From NCBI GenBank assembly GCA_947473325.1, contig CANJEJ010000001.1:15255-79254 (forward strand): a stretch of 64,000 nt of DNA, given 5' to 3'. The DNA is from Alphaproteobacteria bacterium (lineage in GTDB: Bacteria > Pseudomonadota > Alphaproteobacteria > SHVP01). This document shows, piece by piece, positions 49,708 through 59,108 of this stretch (position 1 is its first letter; the number at the start of each line of letters is the position of its first letter). The translations under genes were made by a program, and so were the position numbers. The notes under the pieces are model-generated. The model did no database searches and was not told the DNA's origin. It was given only the letters and a program-made list of their open reading frames with translations.

Positions 49708-50405
49708 GCCCCAGGACTTTTCTTCTTCAGCCGTGCCACCGGCTTGACCGGTGAGTCGCCGCCCAGCGTCGTCTTGCCCTTGAACAGGCACAGATCATTG
49801 ACGACGCAGTCCGGGCATTTCGGCTTGCGCGCCACGCAGGTGTAGCGCCCGTGCAGGATCAGCCAGTGGTGGGCGTGCTGTTTCCACTTTTCCGGCGTCG
49901 CCTTCTCCAGCCCGAGCTCGACCGCGAGCGGCGTCTTGCCGGGCGCAATGCCCGTGCGATTGCCGACGCGGAAGATGTGGGTGTCCACGGCAATGGTCGG
50001 TTCACCGAAGGCGACGTTCATCACCACGTTGGCGGTCTTGCGGCCGACTCCAGGCAAGGTCTGCAGTGTGTCTCGGTCGCGCGGAATCTCACCGCCAAAC
50101 TGTTCGACCAGGATGCGCGACAGGGCCGCGACATTCTTCGCCTTGGTGTTGAACAGGCCGATTGTCTTGATGAAATTGCGTATTTTTGCTTCGCCCAGCT
50201 TCATCATCTTTTCAGGCGTGTCGGCTGCGGCGAACAGCGCCGGCGTAGCCCGGTTGACACCTGCATCGGTCGCCTGCGCCGACAACACCACGGCGACCAG
50301 CAGGGTGAAGGGATTCTTGTAGACCAGCTCGGTTTCCGGTTCCGGGATGGAGCGCGACAGGCGGCGATAGAACTCGTCTGCATCGATCTTGGGGCGGCGG
50401 GCCAT
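49704..50405 (-). CDS. nth: Endonuclease III
   Basis: 233 aa. HhH-GPD LPGVGRKTANVV; C-terminal 4Fe-4S CVARKPKCPDCVVNDLC. Confidence 0.96.
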   Translation of the reverse strand: MARRPKIDADEFYRRLSRSIPEPETELVYKNPFTLLVAVVLSAQATDAGVNRATPALFAAADTPEKMMKLGEAKIRNFIKTIGLFNTKAKNVAALSRILVEQFGGEIPRDRDTLQTLPGVGRKTANVVMNVAFGEPTIAVDTHIFRVGNRTGIAPGKTPLAVELGLEKATPEKWKQHAHHWLILHGRYTCVARKPKCPDCVVNDLCLFKGKTTLGGDSPVKPVARLKKKSPGA

Positions 50406-50518
50406 GGGGCGCGATTATCGCGATTGTCCCGGGAATAGAAAGCGGCCTTGTGCTGTACCGCACAGTTCTGCAACTGGCGTGGGACTCCGGTGAAAATCCC
50501 CCCCTATAATCCGCGGCC

Positions 50519-51040
50519 ATGACGCTCCAGGCCACGATCGCGGACGCTGCCACCGAACCGCTGGTGTTCGACGCCGTGCTCTATCCGCACCGCTCGCTCT
50601 CGCCGCGCGGCTTCTGGATCCTGATGACCGGCGTGTCGCTGATCAGCTTCACCGCGGGGATCGCCTTCTTCCTGATCGGCGCCTGGCCGGTGCTGGGTTT
50701 CTTCGGGCTCGACGTGCTGCTCATCTTCGTCGCCTTCCGACTGAGCTATCGCGCCGCGCGCATGCTGGAGCGTGTGCGTCTGTCGGCCGACAGCCTGCAG
50801 ATCGAGCGCGTCAGCCCCTATGGCCAGGTGCGGCGCTGGTCGTTCCAGCCCTATTGGGTGCGCGTCGCGCTGGAAGATCCACCGCAGCTCGACAGCGTCG
50901 TCACCATCGCCTCGCATGGCCGCAGCGTGGGGGTCGGCAGTTTCCTGGTGCCCGGCGAAAAGGCCGAATTCGCCTCGGCCCTGCGCGCCGCGCTGCATGG
51001 GTTGCGGGCCGCCGAACCGCCGGGGAGATCCCACGCCTAA
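50519..51040 (+). CDS. DUF2244-type membrane protein
   Basis: 173 aa. LYPHRSLSPRGFWILM, two TM helices, then WSFQPYWVRV. Confidence 0.75.
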   Translation: MTLQATIADAATEPLVFDAVLYPHRSLSPRGFWILMTGVSLISFTAGIAFFLIGAWPVLGFFGLDVLLIFVAFRLSYRAARMLERVRLSADSLQIERVSPYGQVRRWSFQPYWVRVALEDPPQLDSVVTIASHGRSVGVGSFLVPGEKAEFASALRAALHGLRAAEPPGRSHA

Positions 51041-51095
51041 CTCGCCGCGCAAGAAGCGGGTGGCTGCGCGGGCGCGCCGGCGTGACACTGCCGCC

Positions 51096-51980
51096 ATGAA
51101 CACCATCGATCCCCACGTCTCCCGTGCCGCGCAGGACTACGACCGCGTCGTCGCTTGTGCCATTGCCGATCTCACCCAGGCCGAACCAGGTGACCACCTG
51201 CCGCTCGCTGACCTCGCGAAACGCGCCGGCCTGTCGCCATTTCACTTCCAGCGCATCTTCCGCCGCTGGGCCGGTGTCAGCCCGAAACGCTTCCAGCAAT
51301 ACCTCGCCCTCAACCGGGCGAAGGAAAGCCTGGCGCGCGACGGCAACGTGCTCGACGCCGCCTTCGATGCGGGCCTCTCCGGCCCCGGCCGGCTGCACGA
51401 CCTGTTCATCGCGCTGGAGGCGATGAGCCCCGGCGAATATGCGGCCGCCGCCGATGGACTTGTCCTGCGTTATGGCTTCCACCCGACGCCCTTCGGCGAC
51501 GGCCTGTTCATGGCGACGGAGCGCGGGTTGTGCGGCCTCGGATTCGTGACGGCGGGCGCGATGACGCGCGAACAAACGCTCGCCGATCTCGCGCGCAACT
51601 GGCCGCGGGCCACCTTGCGTATCGATGCCGGCGCCACAGCCCCTTATGTCGATCGCATCTTCGCGCCGCAATTTGACGCAACGCCGCTTCCGCTGCTGGT
51701 GAAGGGTACCAACCTGCAGGTGCGGGTTTGGGAGGCGCTGCTGCGTATCCCGCCGGGTGAAACCGCGACCTATGGGTCGATCGCCGCCGAGATCGGCCAG
51801 CCGCGCGCTGCGCGCGCTGTCGGCAACGCGGTGGGCCACAACGCCGTGTCCTGGCTCATCCCCTGCCACCGCGTCATTCGCGGAACCGGCATCATCGGCC
51901 ACTACCGCTGGGGCACCGACCGCAAGCGCGCCATGCTGGCCTGGGAAGCAGCCCGGCTGTCGGGCGAGGCGGCAGAGTAG
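51096..51980 (+). CDS. AraC-type HTH fused to methylated-DNA-protein-cysteine methyltransferase (Ada-like, lacks obvious N-terminal Zn domain)
   Basis: Trimmed to MNTIDPHVSRAAQDY; LSPFHFQRIFRRWAGVSPKRFQQ (AraC HTH); C-terminal IPCHRVIRG. Confidence 0.85.
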   Translation: MNTIDPHVSRAAQDYDRVVACAIADLTQAEPGDHLPLADLAKRAGLSPFHFQRIFRRWAGVSPKRFQQYLALNRAKESLARDGNVLDAAFDAGLSGPGRLHDLFIALEAMSPGEYAAAADGLVLRYGFHPTPFGDGLFMATERGLCGLGFVTAGAMTREQTLADLARNWPRATLRIDAGATAPYVDRIFAPQFDATPLPLLVKGTNLQVRVWEALLRIPPGETATYGSIAAEIGQPRAARAVGNAVGHNAVSWLIPCHRVIRGTGIIGHYRWGTDRKRAMLAWEAARLSGEAAE

Positions 51981-52054
51981 CAGCCGCCGCACTATCGCTT
52001 GCGCCGGCTCCGGCGCCGGGTCAGGCTCGATCCACAGCCAGACCGGACCCGCCC

Positions 52055-52975
52055 GTGACCATCCCGCCCATCGCCTTCGCCTATCTGCTCGCGCTCGCGC
52101 TAATGTGGGGCTCGTCCTATGCCTTCATCAAGCTGATGGTGGAGACGATCCCTCCGCTGATCGGCACGACGATGCGCATGGGGCTGGCCACACTGATCCT
52201 GGGCGTCGTGTTGGTTGTTATTGGCGGGCGGCTGCCTCGCGACCGGGCGACCGTGCTGAAGCTGTTCCTCATCGGCACCATCGGCAGCGCCGTGCCCTTC
52301 ACGCTGATCGCCTTCGCCACGGAGCGAATTCCGGCGACTTCGGCCGCCATCCTGATGGGTTCGGCGCCCGCCATCACCATGCTGCTCGCGCATTTCACCA
52401 CCCGCGACGACCGGCTGTCGGTGAACAAGCTGGCGGGCCTCCTCATCGGTTTTCTTGGCATCGCGGTGCTGTTCGGTCCGGCGGCGCTGTCCGGCATCGG
52501 CGACAGCCTGTGGGGCATGCTGGCGGTGATTGCCGGGGCCACGCTCTATGCCTGCACCAACGTGCTGGCGCGCACGCTGCGCGGCGTGACGCCGGTCGCA
52601 GCCGGGACCGCCGCCTTTGTTGGTGCGACGCTGGTGCTGGTGCCGGCGGCCTTCATTTTCGAAGACCCGGTCGGACTTGCGCGGGCCGGCAACATTTCCA
52701 CCGCGTCCTGGGTGGCGCTCGCCTTTCTCACGATCTTCTCGTCGGCGCTGGCGAATGTGATCTTCTATCGCCTGGTGGCGCTGGCGGGCTCCACCTTCAG
52801 TTCCTTCAACAACTACCTGTCGCCACCCATCGGCGTGATTTGGGGCGTGGCACTGCTGGGCGAAACCGTCAGCTGGAACGCCGCCGCTGCCCTCGTGCTG
52901 ATCCTGACGGGCATCGCCACGGCAAATTTCGGCTCCTTGCGCGCGATGCTGCGGCCGGCGCGCGTCAGTCCTTGA
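52055..52975 (+). CDS. DMT-superfamily (EamA) transporter
   Basis: 306 aa, GTG start; 10 TM helices. Confidence 0.8.
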   Translation: MTIPPIAFAYLLALALMWGSSYAFIKLMVETIPPLIGTTMRMGLATLILGVVLVVIGGRLPRDRATVLKLFLIGTIGSAVPFTLIAFATERIPATSAAILMGSAPAITMLLAHFTTRDDRLSVNKLAGLLIGFLGIAVLFGPAALSGIGDSLWGMLAVIAGATLYACTNVLARTLRGVTPVAAGTAAFVGATLVLVPAAFIFEDPVGLARAGNISTASWVALAFLTIFSSALANVIFYRLVALAGSTFSSFNNYLSPPIGVIWGVALLGETVSWNAAAALVLILTGIATANFGSLRAMLRPARVSP

Positions 52976-53777
52976 AGCCCAGCACGTCGTTCATGCCGTA
53001 AAGGCCGGCGGGCTTGCCCCGCGCCCACAGCGCGGCGCGCACGGCGCCGGACGAGAACAGGGAACGGTCCTGTGCCTTGTGGGTAAGCTCGATGCGTTCG
53101 GAGTCGCTCGCGAACATCACGGTGTGATCGCCGACCACGCTGCCGCCGCGCAGCGTCGCGAAGCCGATGTCGCCCGCCTTGCGCGCGCCGGTGATGCCGT
53201 CGCGGGCGCGGACTGCGACCTCGTCGAGCTTCACCTTGCGGCCCGCCGCAGCGGCGCGGCCGAGCGCGAGCGCGGTCCCGGATGGCGCATCCACCTTGTG
53301 CTTGTGGTGCATCTCCAGCACCTCGATGTCGAAGTCGGGGCCGAGCAGCGCGGCGACCTGCTTCGTCACCTGCAGCAGCACGTTGACGCCGACGCTCATG
53401 TTGGCGGCATAGACGATGGTGGCGGTCACGGCGGCCATGCGCAGTGCCTGTTCCTGCTCGGGCTTCAGGCCGGTGGTGCCGGCGATCAGGATCTTGCGCC
53501 GGCCGGCGGCCAGCGCCGCGTGCCTCACGGTCGCCTCCGGCGCGGTGAAGTCGATTACCGCGTCGCAGGCATCGAAGAGCGCCGCGGGGTCATAGAACAC
53601 GCGCGCGCCCGTCGCTTTCAGGCCCACCAGCGCGGCGGCGTCCTGGCCGATGGCGGCATGGCCCGGCCGCTCCGTGCCGCCGCCGATGGCGCAGCCCGGC
53701 GTGGCGGCAATCTGCTTCAGGAGAGTCTGGCCCATGCGGCCGGCACAGCCGGCGACACCGATGCGGAGGTCCGCCAT
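52965..53777 (-). CDS. dapB: 4-hydroxy-tetrahydrodipicolinate reductase
   Basis: 270 aa. RIGVAGCAGRMG, EMHHKHKVDAPSGTA. Confidence 0.96.
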   Translation of the reverse strand: MADLRIGVAGCAGRMGQTLLKQIAATPGCAIGGGTERPGHAAIGQDAAALVGLKATGARVFYDPAALFDACDAVIDFTAPEATVRHAALAAGRRKILIAGTTGLKPEQEQALRMAAVTATIVYAANMSVGVNVLLQVTKQVAALLGPDFDIEVLEMHHKHKVDAPSGTALALGRAAAAGRKVKLDEVAVRARDGITGARKAGDIGFATLRGGSVVGDHTVMFASDSERIELTHKAQDRSLFSSGAVRAALWARGKPAGLYGMNDVLGFKD

Positions 53778-53873
53778 GTCAAAAATTTCTGACTCGAAAA
53801 GGGAACGGGAACAGGGGCAGATTTAACACAAGCGCCCTGCGCACTCACCCACAACCCGAATCAGGCAGTCCCC

Positions 53874-54524
53874 ATGATCGATCTCTATACCGGCCGAACG
53901 CCCAACGGCATCAAGGTCTCCATCGCGCTCGAGGAGATGGGGCTGCCCTACACCGTCTATGCCCTCGACCTCATGGCCAACGAGCAGAAGCTGCCGGAAT
54001 TCCTCGCCATCAACCCGAATGGGCGCATTCCGGCCATCGTCGACCGCGACGAAGGCAATTTCCCGGTCTTCGAATCTGGCGCCTGCCTGATCTATCTCGC
54101 TGAAAAGACCGGCAAGCTGTTGCCGGCGGACCGGAAGGGCCGCAGCCGGGTATTCCAGTGGATCATGTTCCAGATGGGCGGCATCGGCCCGATGCAGGGC
54201 CAGGCCGGCTGGTTCAAGCGCAATGCCCCCGACAACCAGGTCGGGATTGATCGTTATATGAACGAAACGAAGCGGCTATACGGCGTTCTCGATGCCCGGC
54301 TGGCCGAATCGCCGTTCCTGGCCGGCGCCGACTACTCCATTGCCGACATAGCCAATTACGGCTGGGTCTGGGCCAGCGATTTCTCGGGCATCGACCTCGC
54401 GCCCTTCCCGCATGTGAAGACGTGGAAGGACGGTATTGCCGCCCGGGCCGCCGTGCAAAAGGGTCAGGCGATCCCAACGGATGAGCAGAAAACCAAGAAC
54501 AAGGCGCCCTTCGTCAAGAAGTAG
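53874..54524 (+). CDS. Glutathione S-transferase (YfcG/YghU-like)
   Basis: 216 aa. [37 protein letters not shown]. Confidence 0.85.
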   Translation: MIDLYTGRTPNGIKVSIALEEMGLPYTVYALDLMANEQKLPEFLAINPNGRIPAIVDRDEGNFPVFESGACLIYLAEKTGKLLPADRKGRSRVFQWIMFQMGGIGPMQGQAGWFKRNAPDNQVGIDRYMNETKRLYGVLDARLAESPFLAGADYSIADIANYGWVWASDFSGIDLAPFPHVKTWKDGIAARAAVQKGQAIPTDEQKTKNKAPFVKK

Positions 54525-54594
54525 GGCGTCCAGCTCTTTGATTCATAACCGATAATTTGGGTTCGTTCCGGCAAACCGCTTTTTGGAAGGCACC

Positions 54595-55326
54595 ATGGCG
54601 AACACGGGAAAGGTCGCAGTCGTCACCGGCTCCAACCGCGGTATCGGGCGGGACGTCGTCCGTCAGCTGGCCGCCAAAGGCTATCGTATGGTCCTGACGG
54701 CCCGGGATGCCGCCGATGGCGAGAAAGCCGCCGCTGAACTGCGTAAAGCCGGGGGCGACATCCGGGCGCATGATCTCGACGTCCAAAGTGATGCGAGCTG
54801 CCGGGCGCTTGCGGCGTGGGTGAAGGCCGAATATGGCCAGGTCGATGTGCTGGTCAACAACGCCGGCGTGCTGCTGGAGCGTGTCTATGGCGCGGATGGC
54901 CGCCCGATTTCCGAAGACGATGGGCTCGACGTCGATATCGGCGTGGTGTCGCGCATCCTCGACACCAACACGCTGGGCGCGCTCCGCATGATCCAGGCCC
55001 TGGCGCCGGTGATGAGCAAAGGCAGCCGGATCATTAACCTGTCGTCCCGGATGGGACAGTTCGGCATGCTCGGTCCGAACATGGTCGGCTACCGCATGTC
55101 GAAGACGGCGCTGAACAGCCTGACGGCCTGCCTTGCGCCGGCGCTCGAAAAGAAGGGTATTGGCATCTTCGCCATGTGCCCGGGCTGGGTGCGCACGGAC
55201 ATGGGGTCGCCGGCTGCGGCGAAGAGCGTCGATCAAGGGGCCGACACGGCGGTCTGGCTGGCGTCGGAAGCCCCGAATCCGAAGAGCGGCGGCTTCTATA
55301 CCGAACGCAAGGAAATCCCGTGGTAA
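54595..55326 (+). CDS. Short-chain dehydrogenase/reductase (carbonyl-reductase-like)
   Basis: ATG 54595 after GGAAGG; VAVVTGSNRGIGR, NNAG, Y-x3-K (YRMSKTAL). Confidence 0.88.
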   Translation: MANTGKVAVVTGSNRGIGRDVVRQLAAKGYRMVLTARDAADGEKAAAELRKAGGDIRAHDLDVQSDASCRALAAWVKAEYGQVDVLVNNAGVLLERVYGADGRPISEDDGLDVDIGVVSRILDTNTLGALRMIQALAPVMSKGSRIINLSSRMGQFGMLGPNMVGYRMSKTALNSLTACLAPALEKKGIGIFAMCPGWVRTDMGSPAAAKSVDQGADTAVWLASEAPNPKSGGFYTERKEIPW

Positions 55327-55410
55327 CTGGCCGCGCCCCTATCGGGCGGCATGCCGGATTGTGTAGACTTATCCCCATACGCCAACTCGTTCGCCAAAGG
55401 ATCCATCGCG

Positions 55411-56592
55411 ATGGCCTCCACTGACATCCCGGCATTCAAGTTCGACATTTCCGGCCTTGGCCGGCACGCCGTTATGGCCGAGCTGAACCATGAGGACACG
55501 TCGCGTCTCAACTACAGCATGGCCTTCATGCGCCACCTGCGCGAGCAGGTCGAGCCGAAGAACAAGACCGTGTTCGACTCCCGCGTCGAGCCCTCCTTCG
55601 AGAAGAAGAATGGCCGCAAGCCGAAGGACCGCCACGAAGTGCGCAAGGCGATGCTGGAAGACAACGCCTACCAGTGGTGGGCCTGCCTGCGCCGCCATCA
55701 GCAGGAACTCGGCAGCTCCAACAAGTGGCCGATCATCGAGCGCCAGGCGGCGGAACTGATCGCCAAGGCGAAGGTGAAGAATCCGAAATACGGCTCGCTG
55801 AAGCTCGACCCCACGGTGCAGACGCCGCGTTACCAGGCCGGCTTCGACATGCACTGGATGGCCGGCAGCTATCACGGCGAAGGCGGGTCTGACGATGTGC
55901 TGCCCGGCGCGATGTACGACCTTGGCGGCCTCTACATGGGGTCCGGCGGCAAGTTCGGTAAATGGAACGACGGCCCGGGCTACTCGGTCATCCATTGGCT
56001 GAAGACGCAGTATCCGGATTTCAAGCCGAAGAAGATTCTCGACGAAGGCTGCACCGTCGGCCAGTCGACCGGCCCCTATTGCTTCGGCTGGCCCGGCGTC
56101 GAGGTGCACGGCATCGACTACGCCGCGCCGATCCTGCGCTATGCCCATGCGCGCGCCCAGGCGCTGAAGCTGCCGATCCACTTCAAGCAGGCGCTGGCGG
56201 AAGACACCGGCTATGCCGACAACAGCTTTGACGTTGTCGTGTCGTCGATGTTCCTGCACGAGACCTCGCACAAGGCCGTGCATGCCATCGTCAAGGAAGC
56301 ACATCGCATCCTGAAGCCCGGCGGCATCATGATCCATGTCGAACAGCCGCCCTTCAAGACGATGAAGACAGTGTGGCAGCAGTTCGTGATGGACTGGGAC
56401 ACGCACAACAACAACGAGCCCTTCTGGGGTCCGATGCATGACATGGATCTCGAAGACGTCGCGGTGAAGGGCGGCTTCAAGAAGCAGGACGTGCTGCAGA
56501 CCTACGCGCCCTTCGTCACGCCGCTGGATGACGGCCGTGCCGTGCCGGCGGAAAGGGGCGAGTGGTTCTTCTTCACGGCGCGGAAGCGCTAA
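55411..56592 (+). CDS. unassigned N-terminal module + class I SAM-dependent methyltransferase, tandem paralogue 1
   Basis: Track ORF 55351..56592 trimmed to MASTDIPAFKF by alignment with the paralogues. MTase motifs ILDEGCTVG, VHGIDYA, FDVVVSSMFLHET, LKPGGIMIHVEQ. Confidence 0.85.
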   Translation: MASTDIPAFKFDISGLGRHAVMAELNHEDTSRLNYSMAFMRHLREQVEPKNKTVFDSRVEPSFEKKNGRKPKDRHEVRKAMLEDNAYQWWACLRRHQQELGSSNKWPIIERQAAELIAKAKVKNPKYGSLKLDPTVQTPRYQAGFDMHWMAGSYHGEGGSDDVLPGAMYDLGGLYMGSGGKFGKWNDGPGYSVIHWLKTQYPDFKPKKILDEGCTVGQSTGPYCFGWPGVEVHGIDYAAPILRYAHARAQALKLPIHFKQALAEDTGYADNSFDVVVSSMFLHETSHKAVHAIVKEAHRILKPGGIMIHVEQPPFKTMKTVWQQFVMDWDTHNNNEPFWGPMHDMDLEDVAVKGGFKKQDVLQTYAPFVTPLDDGRAVPAERGEWFFFTARKR

Positions 56593-56613
56593 GGGTTCAG
56601 GGGCGCGCGCGGC

Positions 56614-57795
56614 ATGCCGATTCAGGACATCCGCACCCAGCACGCTCACTGGTCGGGAATCGGCCGTCACGCGGTGATGGCCGAAACCAACCAGGAGGAA
56701 ACCGCGCGCCTCAACCACATGATGGCGCTGTATCGCCATCTGCGGGAAAACGTCTATGCGGGCAACAAGCTCGCCTATGACAAGCGGGTCGAGCCCGACT
56801 TCGTGAAACGCCACGGCCGCAAGCCGAAGGACCGCCACGAAATCCGCGAGGCGATGCTCGCCGATCCTTTCTATCGCCTGTGGGCGCATCTGCGCCGCGA
56901 CACGCAGGAAACGGTGTGGATGGCGCGCCAGCCGGTGGTCGAACGGCAGCGCACGGCGCTGGCGAAGAAGGCGCATGTGGCGAAGCCGAAATACGGCTCG
57001 CTGCACCTCGACCCGGACCTGAAGGCACCACGCTATCAAAGCGCCTTCGACATGCATTGGATGCCTGGCGGCTACCACGCCGACGAAGGCGCCGGTGACG
57101 TAGCGCAGGCGGCGATCTATGACCTTGGCAGCCTCTATGTTTCGACCGGCGGCAAGATGGGTCCGTGGAACGACGGTCCGGCGCAATCGGTCATTCGCTG
57201 GCTGAAAGACAAGTATCCCGCCTTCCAGCCGAAGAAACTTCTCGACGAAGGCTGCACGGTCGGCCACTCCACCGTTGCCTATTGCGGTGCCTGGCCTGGC
57301 GTCGAAGTGCACGGCCTCGATTTCTCGGCACCGGTCGTCCGCTATGCGCACGCGCGCGCCGAATCGCTGGGTCGCCCGGTGCACTATCATCAGGCGCTCG
57401 CGGAAGACACGAAATTCCCGGACGCGAGCTTCGATCTCGTCCTCTCGTCGATGTTCCTGCACGAGACGTCCCGCAAGGCGGTCTATGCGATCGCCGCGGA
57501 AGCACGGCGCATCCTGAAGCCTGGCGGCCTGATGCTGCATGTCGAGCAGCCGCAGTTCCACCAGCTGCCGACGCCCTGGTCGCAGTTCGAGAACGACTGG
57601 GACACCCACAACAACAACGAGCCCTTCTGGGGCCCGATGCACGACATGGATCTGGAAGACGTGGCCATGAAAGCCGGCTTCCGGAAACAGGACATCTTCC
57701 AGGAAAACGCCCCTTTCATCATGCCCCGGCCGGACGGTCGGCTGGAGGTTGCCAAGGGTGGCTACTGGTTCTTCTTCGGCGCCTGGAAACGCTAG
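56614..57795 (+). CDS. same family, tandem paralogue 2
   Basis: 393 aa. LLDEGCTVG, SSMFLHET, LKPGGLMLHVEQ, DWDTHNNNEPFWGPMHDMD. Lies 21 nt after paralogue 1. Confidence 0.88.
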   Translation: MPIQDIRTQHAHWSGIGRHAVMAETNQEETARLNHMMALYRHLRENVYAGNKLAYDKRVEPDFVKRHGRKPKDRHEIREAMLADPFYRLWAHLRRDTQETVWMARQPVVERQRTALAKKAHVAKPKYGSLHLDPDLKAPRYQSAFDMHWMPGGYHADEGAGDVAQAAIYDLGSLYVSTGGKMGPWNDGPAQSVIRWLKDKYPAFQPKKLLDEGCTVGHSTVAYCGAWPGVEVHGLDFSAPVVRYAHARAESLGRPVHYHQALAEDTKFPDASFDLVLSSMFLHETSRKAVYAIAAEARRILKPGGLMLHVEQPQFHQLPTPWSQFENDWDTHNNNEPFWGPMHDMDLEDVAMKAGFRKQDIFQENAPFIMPRPDGRLEVAKGGYWFFFGAWKR

Positions 57796-57855
57796 GCGCG
57801 CGATACACGAGGGGGATTCCAGCCCCCATATAGACAGGGATCAAGGAGAGCACGC

Positions 57856-59082
57856 ATGGCACAGGCCCAGAACGAAAACCTCGGCTTCAGCGACAGCGCC
57901 GGCAACCGGCCGAAGGAAGCGACGTGGCGCGGCCGCGGCACCCACGCGGCGAGCGCCGACACCAACCATGACGAAGCCTCGCGCATGGACTTCGTGATGA
58001 CGCTGTTCCGCCACATCGGCCGCAATGTCGCTCCTGGCCACCAGACGGTGTTCGACAAGAAGGTGGAGCCCGACTTCGTGAAGAAGGCCGGGCGCAAGCC
58101 GAAGGACCGCCACGAAGTGCGCAAGGCGATGCTCGAGAATCCATACTTCCAGTACTGGAGCCACCTGCGTCTCTACAGCCAGGAAGCGTCCTATTACGAG
58201 CGCAGCCAGATCGTTGACCGCCAGCTCGATGCGCTGATCGACAAGGCGAAGAAGGTTCCGGCCGGCAGGAAGGGCAAGAACGACAAGGGCTCGCTGACAC
58301 TGAACCCCGCTCTCGTCATTCCGCCCTATCAGGCGCATTTCGACATGCATTGGATGCCGGGCAGCTACTTCACCGAGTTCACCAAGGACGACGTCGCCGG
58401 CGGCGCGATGTATGACACCGGCGGGCTCTACATCACCTCGTCCGGTCACCTCGGCGCCTACAACGATGGCGCCGGCTATGCCATCGCGCGCTACATCCAG
58501 TCGAAGTTCCCGACCTTCAAGCCGAAGCGCATTCTCGACGAAGGCTGCACCACCGGCTCGAACACGGTGCCGCTGAAGGACGCATGGCCGCAGGCGGAGG
58601 TGCACGCCATCGACATCGGTGCGCCGGTGCTGCGAACCGCGCATGCGCGGTCGGAAGCGCTCGGCCTCGCCGTCCACTATTCGCAGCAGGATGCCGAGCA
58701 CACCAATTTCAAGACGGGCAGCTTCGACCTCATCAGCTCGTCGATGTTCCTGCATGAGACGGCGCGCAAGGCCGTCCACAACATCGTCAAGGAATGCTAC
58801 CGGCTGCTGAGCCCCGGCGGCATCATGGTGCATGTCGAGCAGCCGCCGTTCTCCTGGGCGAAGTCGCCCTTCGACCAGATGACGCGCGACTGGGACACGC
58901 ACAACAACAACGAGCCATTCTGGGGCGCCATGCATGACATGGACCTCGAGAAGGTCGCGCTCGAAGCGGGCTTCAAGAAGGAAAACATCACGCTCGAGAT
59001 GGTGCCGCTGGTGACTCCGACCGAGAGCGACAAATACGCGCTCGGCAAGGGTGCCTGGTTCGTCTTCGTGGCGCGCAAGTAA
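57856..59082 (+). CDS. same family, tandem paralogue 3
   Basis: 408 aa. AAGGAG RBS; ILDEGCTTG, SSMFLHET, LSPGGIMVHVEQ, DWDTHNNNEPFWGAMHDMD. Confidence 0.88.
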   Translation: MAQAQNENLGFSDSAGNRPKEATWRGRGTHAASADTNHDEASRMDFVMTLFRHIGRNVAPGHQTVFDKKVEPDFVKKAGRKPKDRHEVRKAMLENPYFQYWSHLRLYSQEASYYERSQIVDRQLDALIDKAKKVPAGRKGKNDKGSLTLNPALVIPPYQAHFDMHWMPGSYFTEFTKDDVAGGAMYDTGGLYITSSGHLGAYNDGAGYAIARYIQSKFPTFKPKRILDEGCTTGSNTVPLKDAWPQAEVHAIDIGAPVLRTAHARSEALGLAVHYSQQDAEHTNFKTGSFDLISSSMFLHETARKAVHNIVKECYRLLSPGGIMVHVEQPPFSWAKSPFDQMTRDWDTHNNNEPFWGAMHDMDLEKVALEAGFKKENITLEMVPLVTPTESDKYALGKGAWFVFVARK

Positions 59083-59108
59083 CCGACACACTGGAAGGAA
59101 CAAGAACG

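Noticed and set aside
55615-55655. 41-nt block identical between paralogue 1 (55615-55655) and paralogue 3 (58093-58133), considered as evidence of gene conversion or an embedded RNA element
   Set aside because: It encodes the invariant peptide RKPKDRHEVRKAML. With strong GC3 codon bias each residue has essentially one preferred codon, so nucleotide identity follows from peptide identity. The flanks diverge immediately.
55369-57642. 757-aa minus-strand ORF spanning methyltransferase paralogues 1 and 2 and their intergenic spacer
   Set aside because: It is antisense and codon-aligned to clearly conserved plus-strand genes. In GC-rich genomes the sense codons that would create antisense stops (TTA, CTA, TCA) are rare, so long shadow ORFs arise automatically. 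The translation is Arg/Ala/Gly/His-rich low-complexity sequence with no recognisable motifs.
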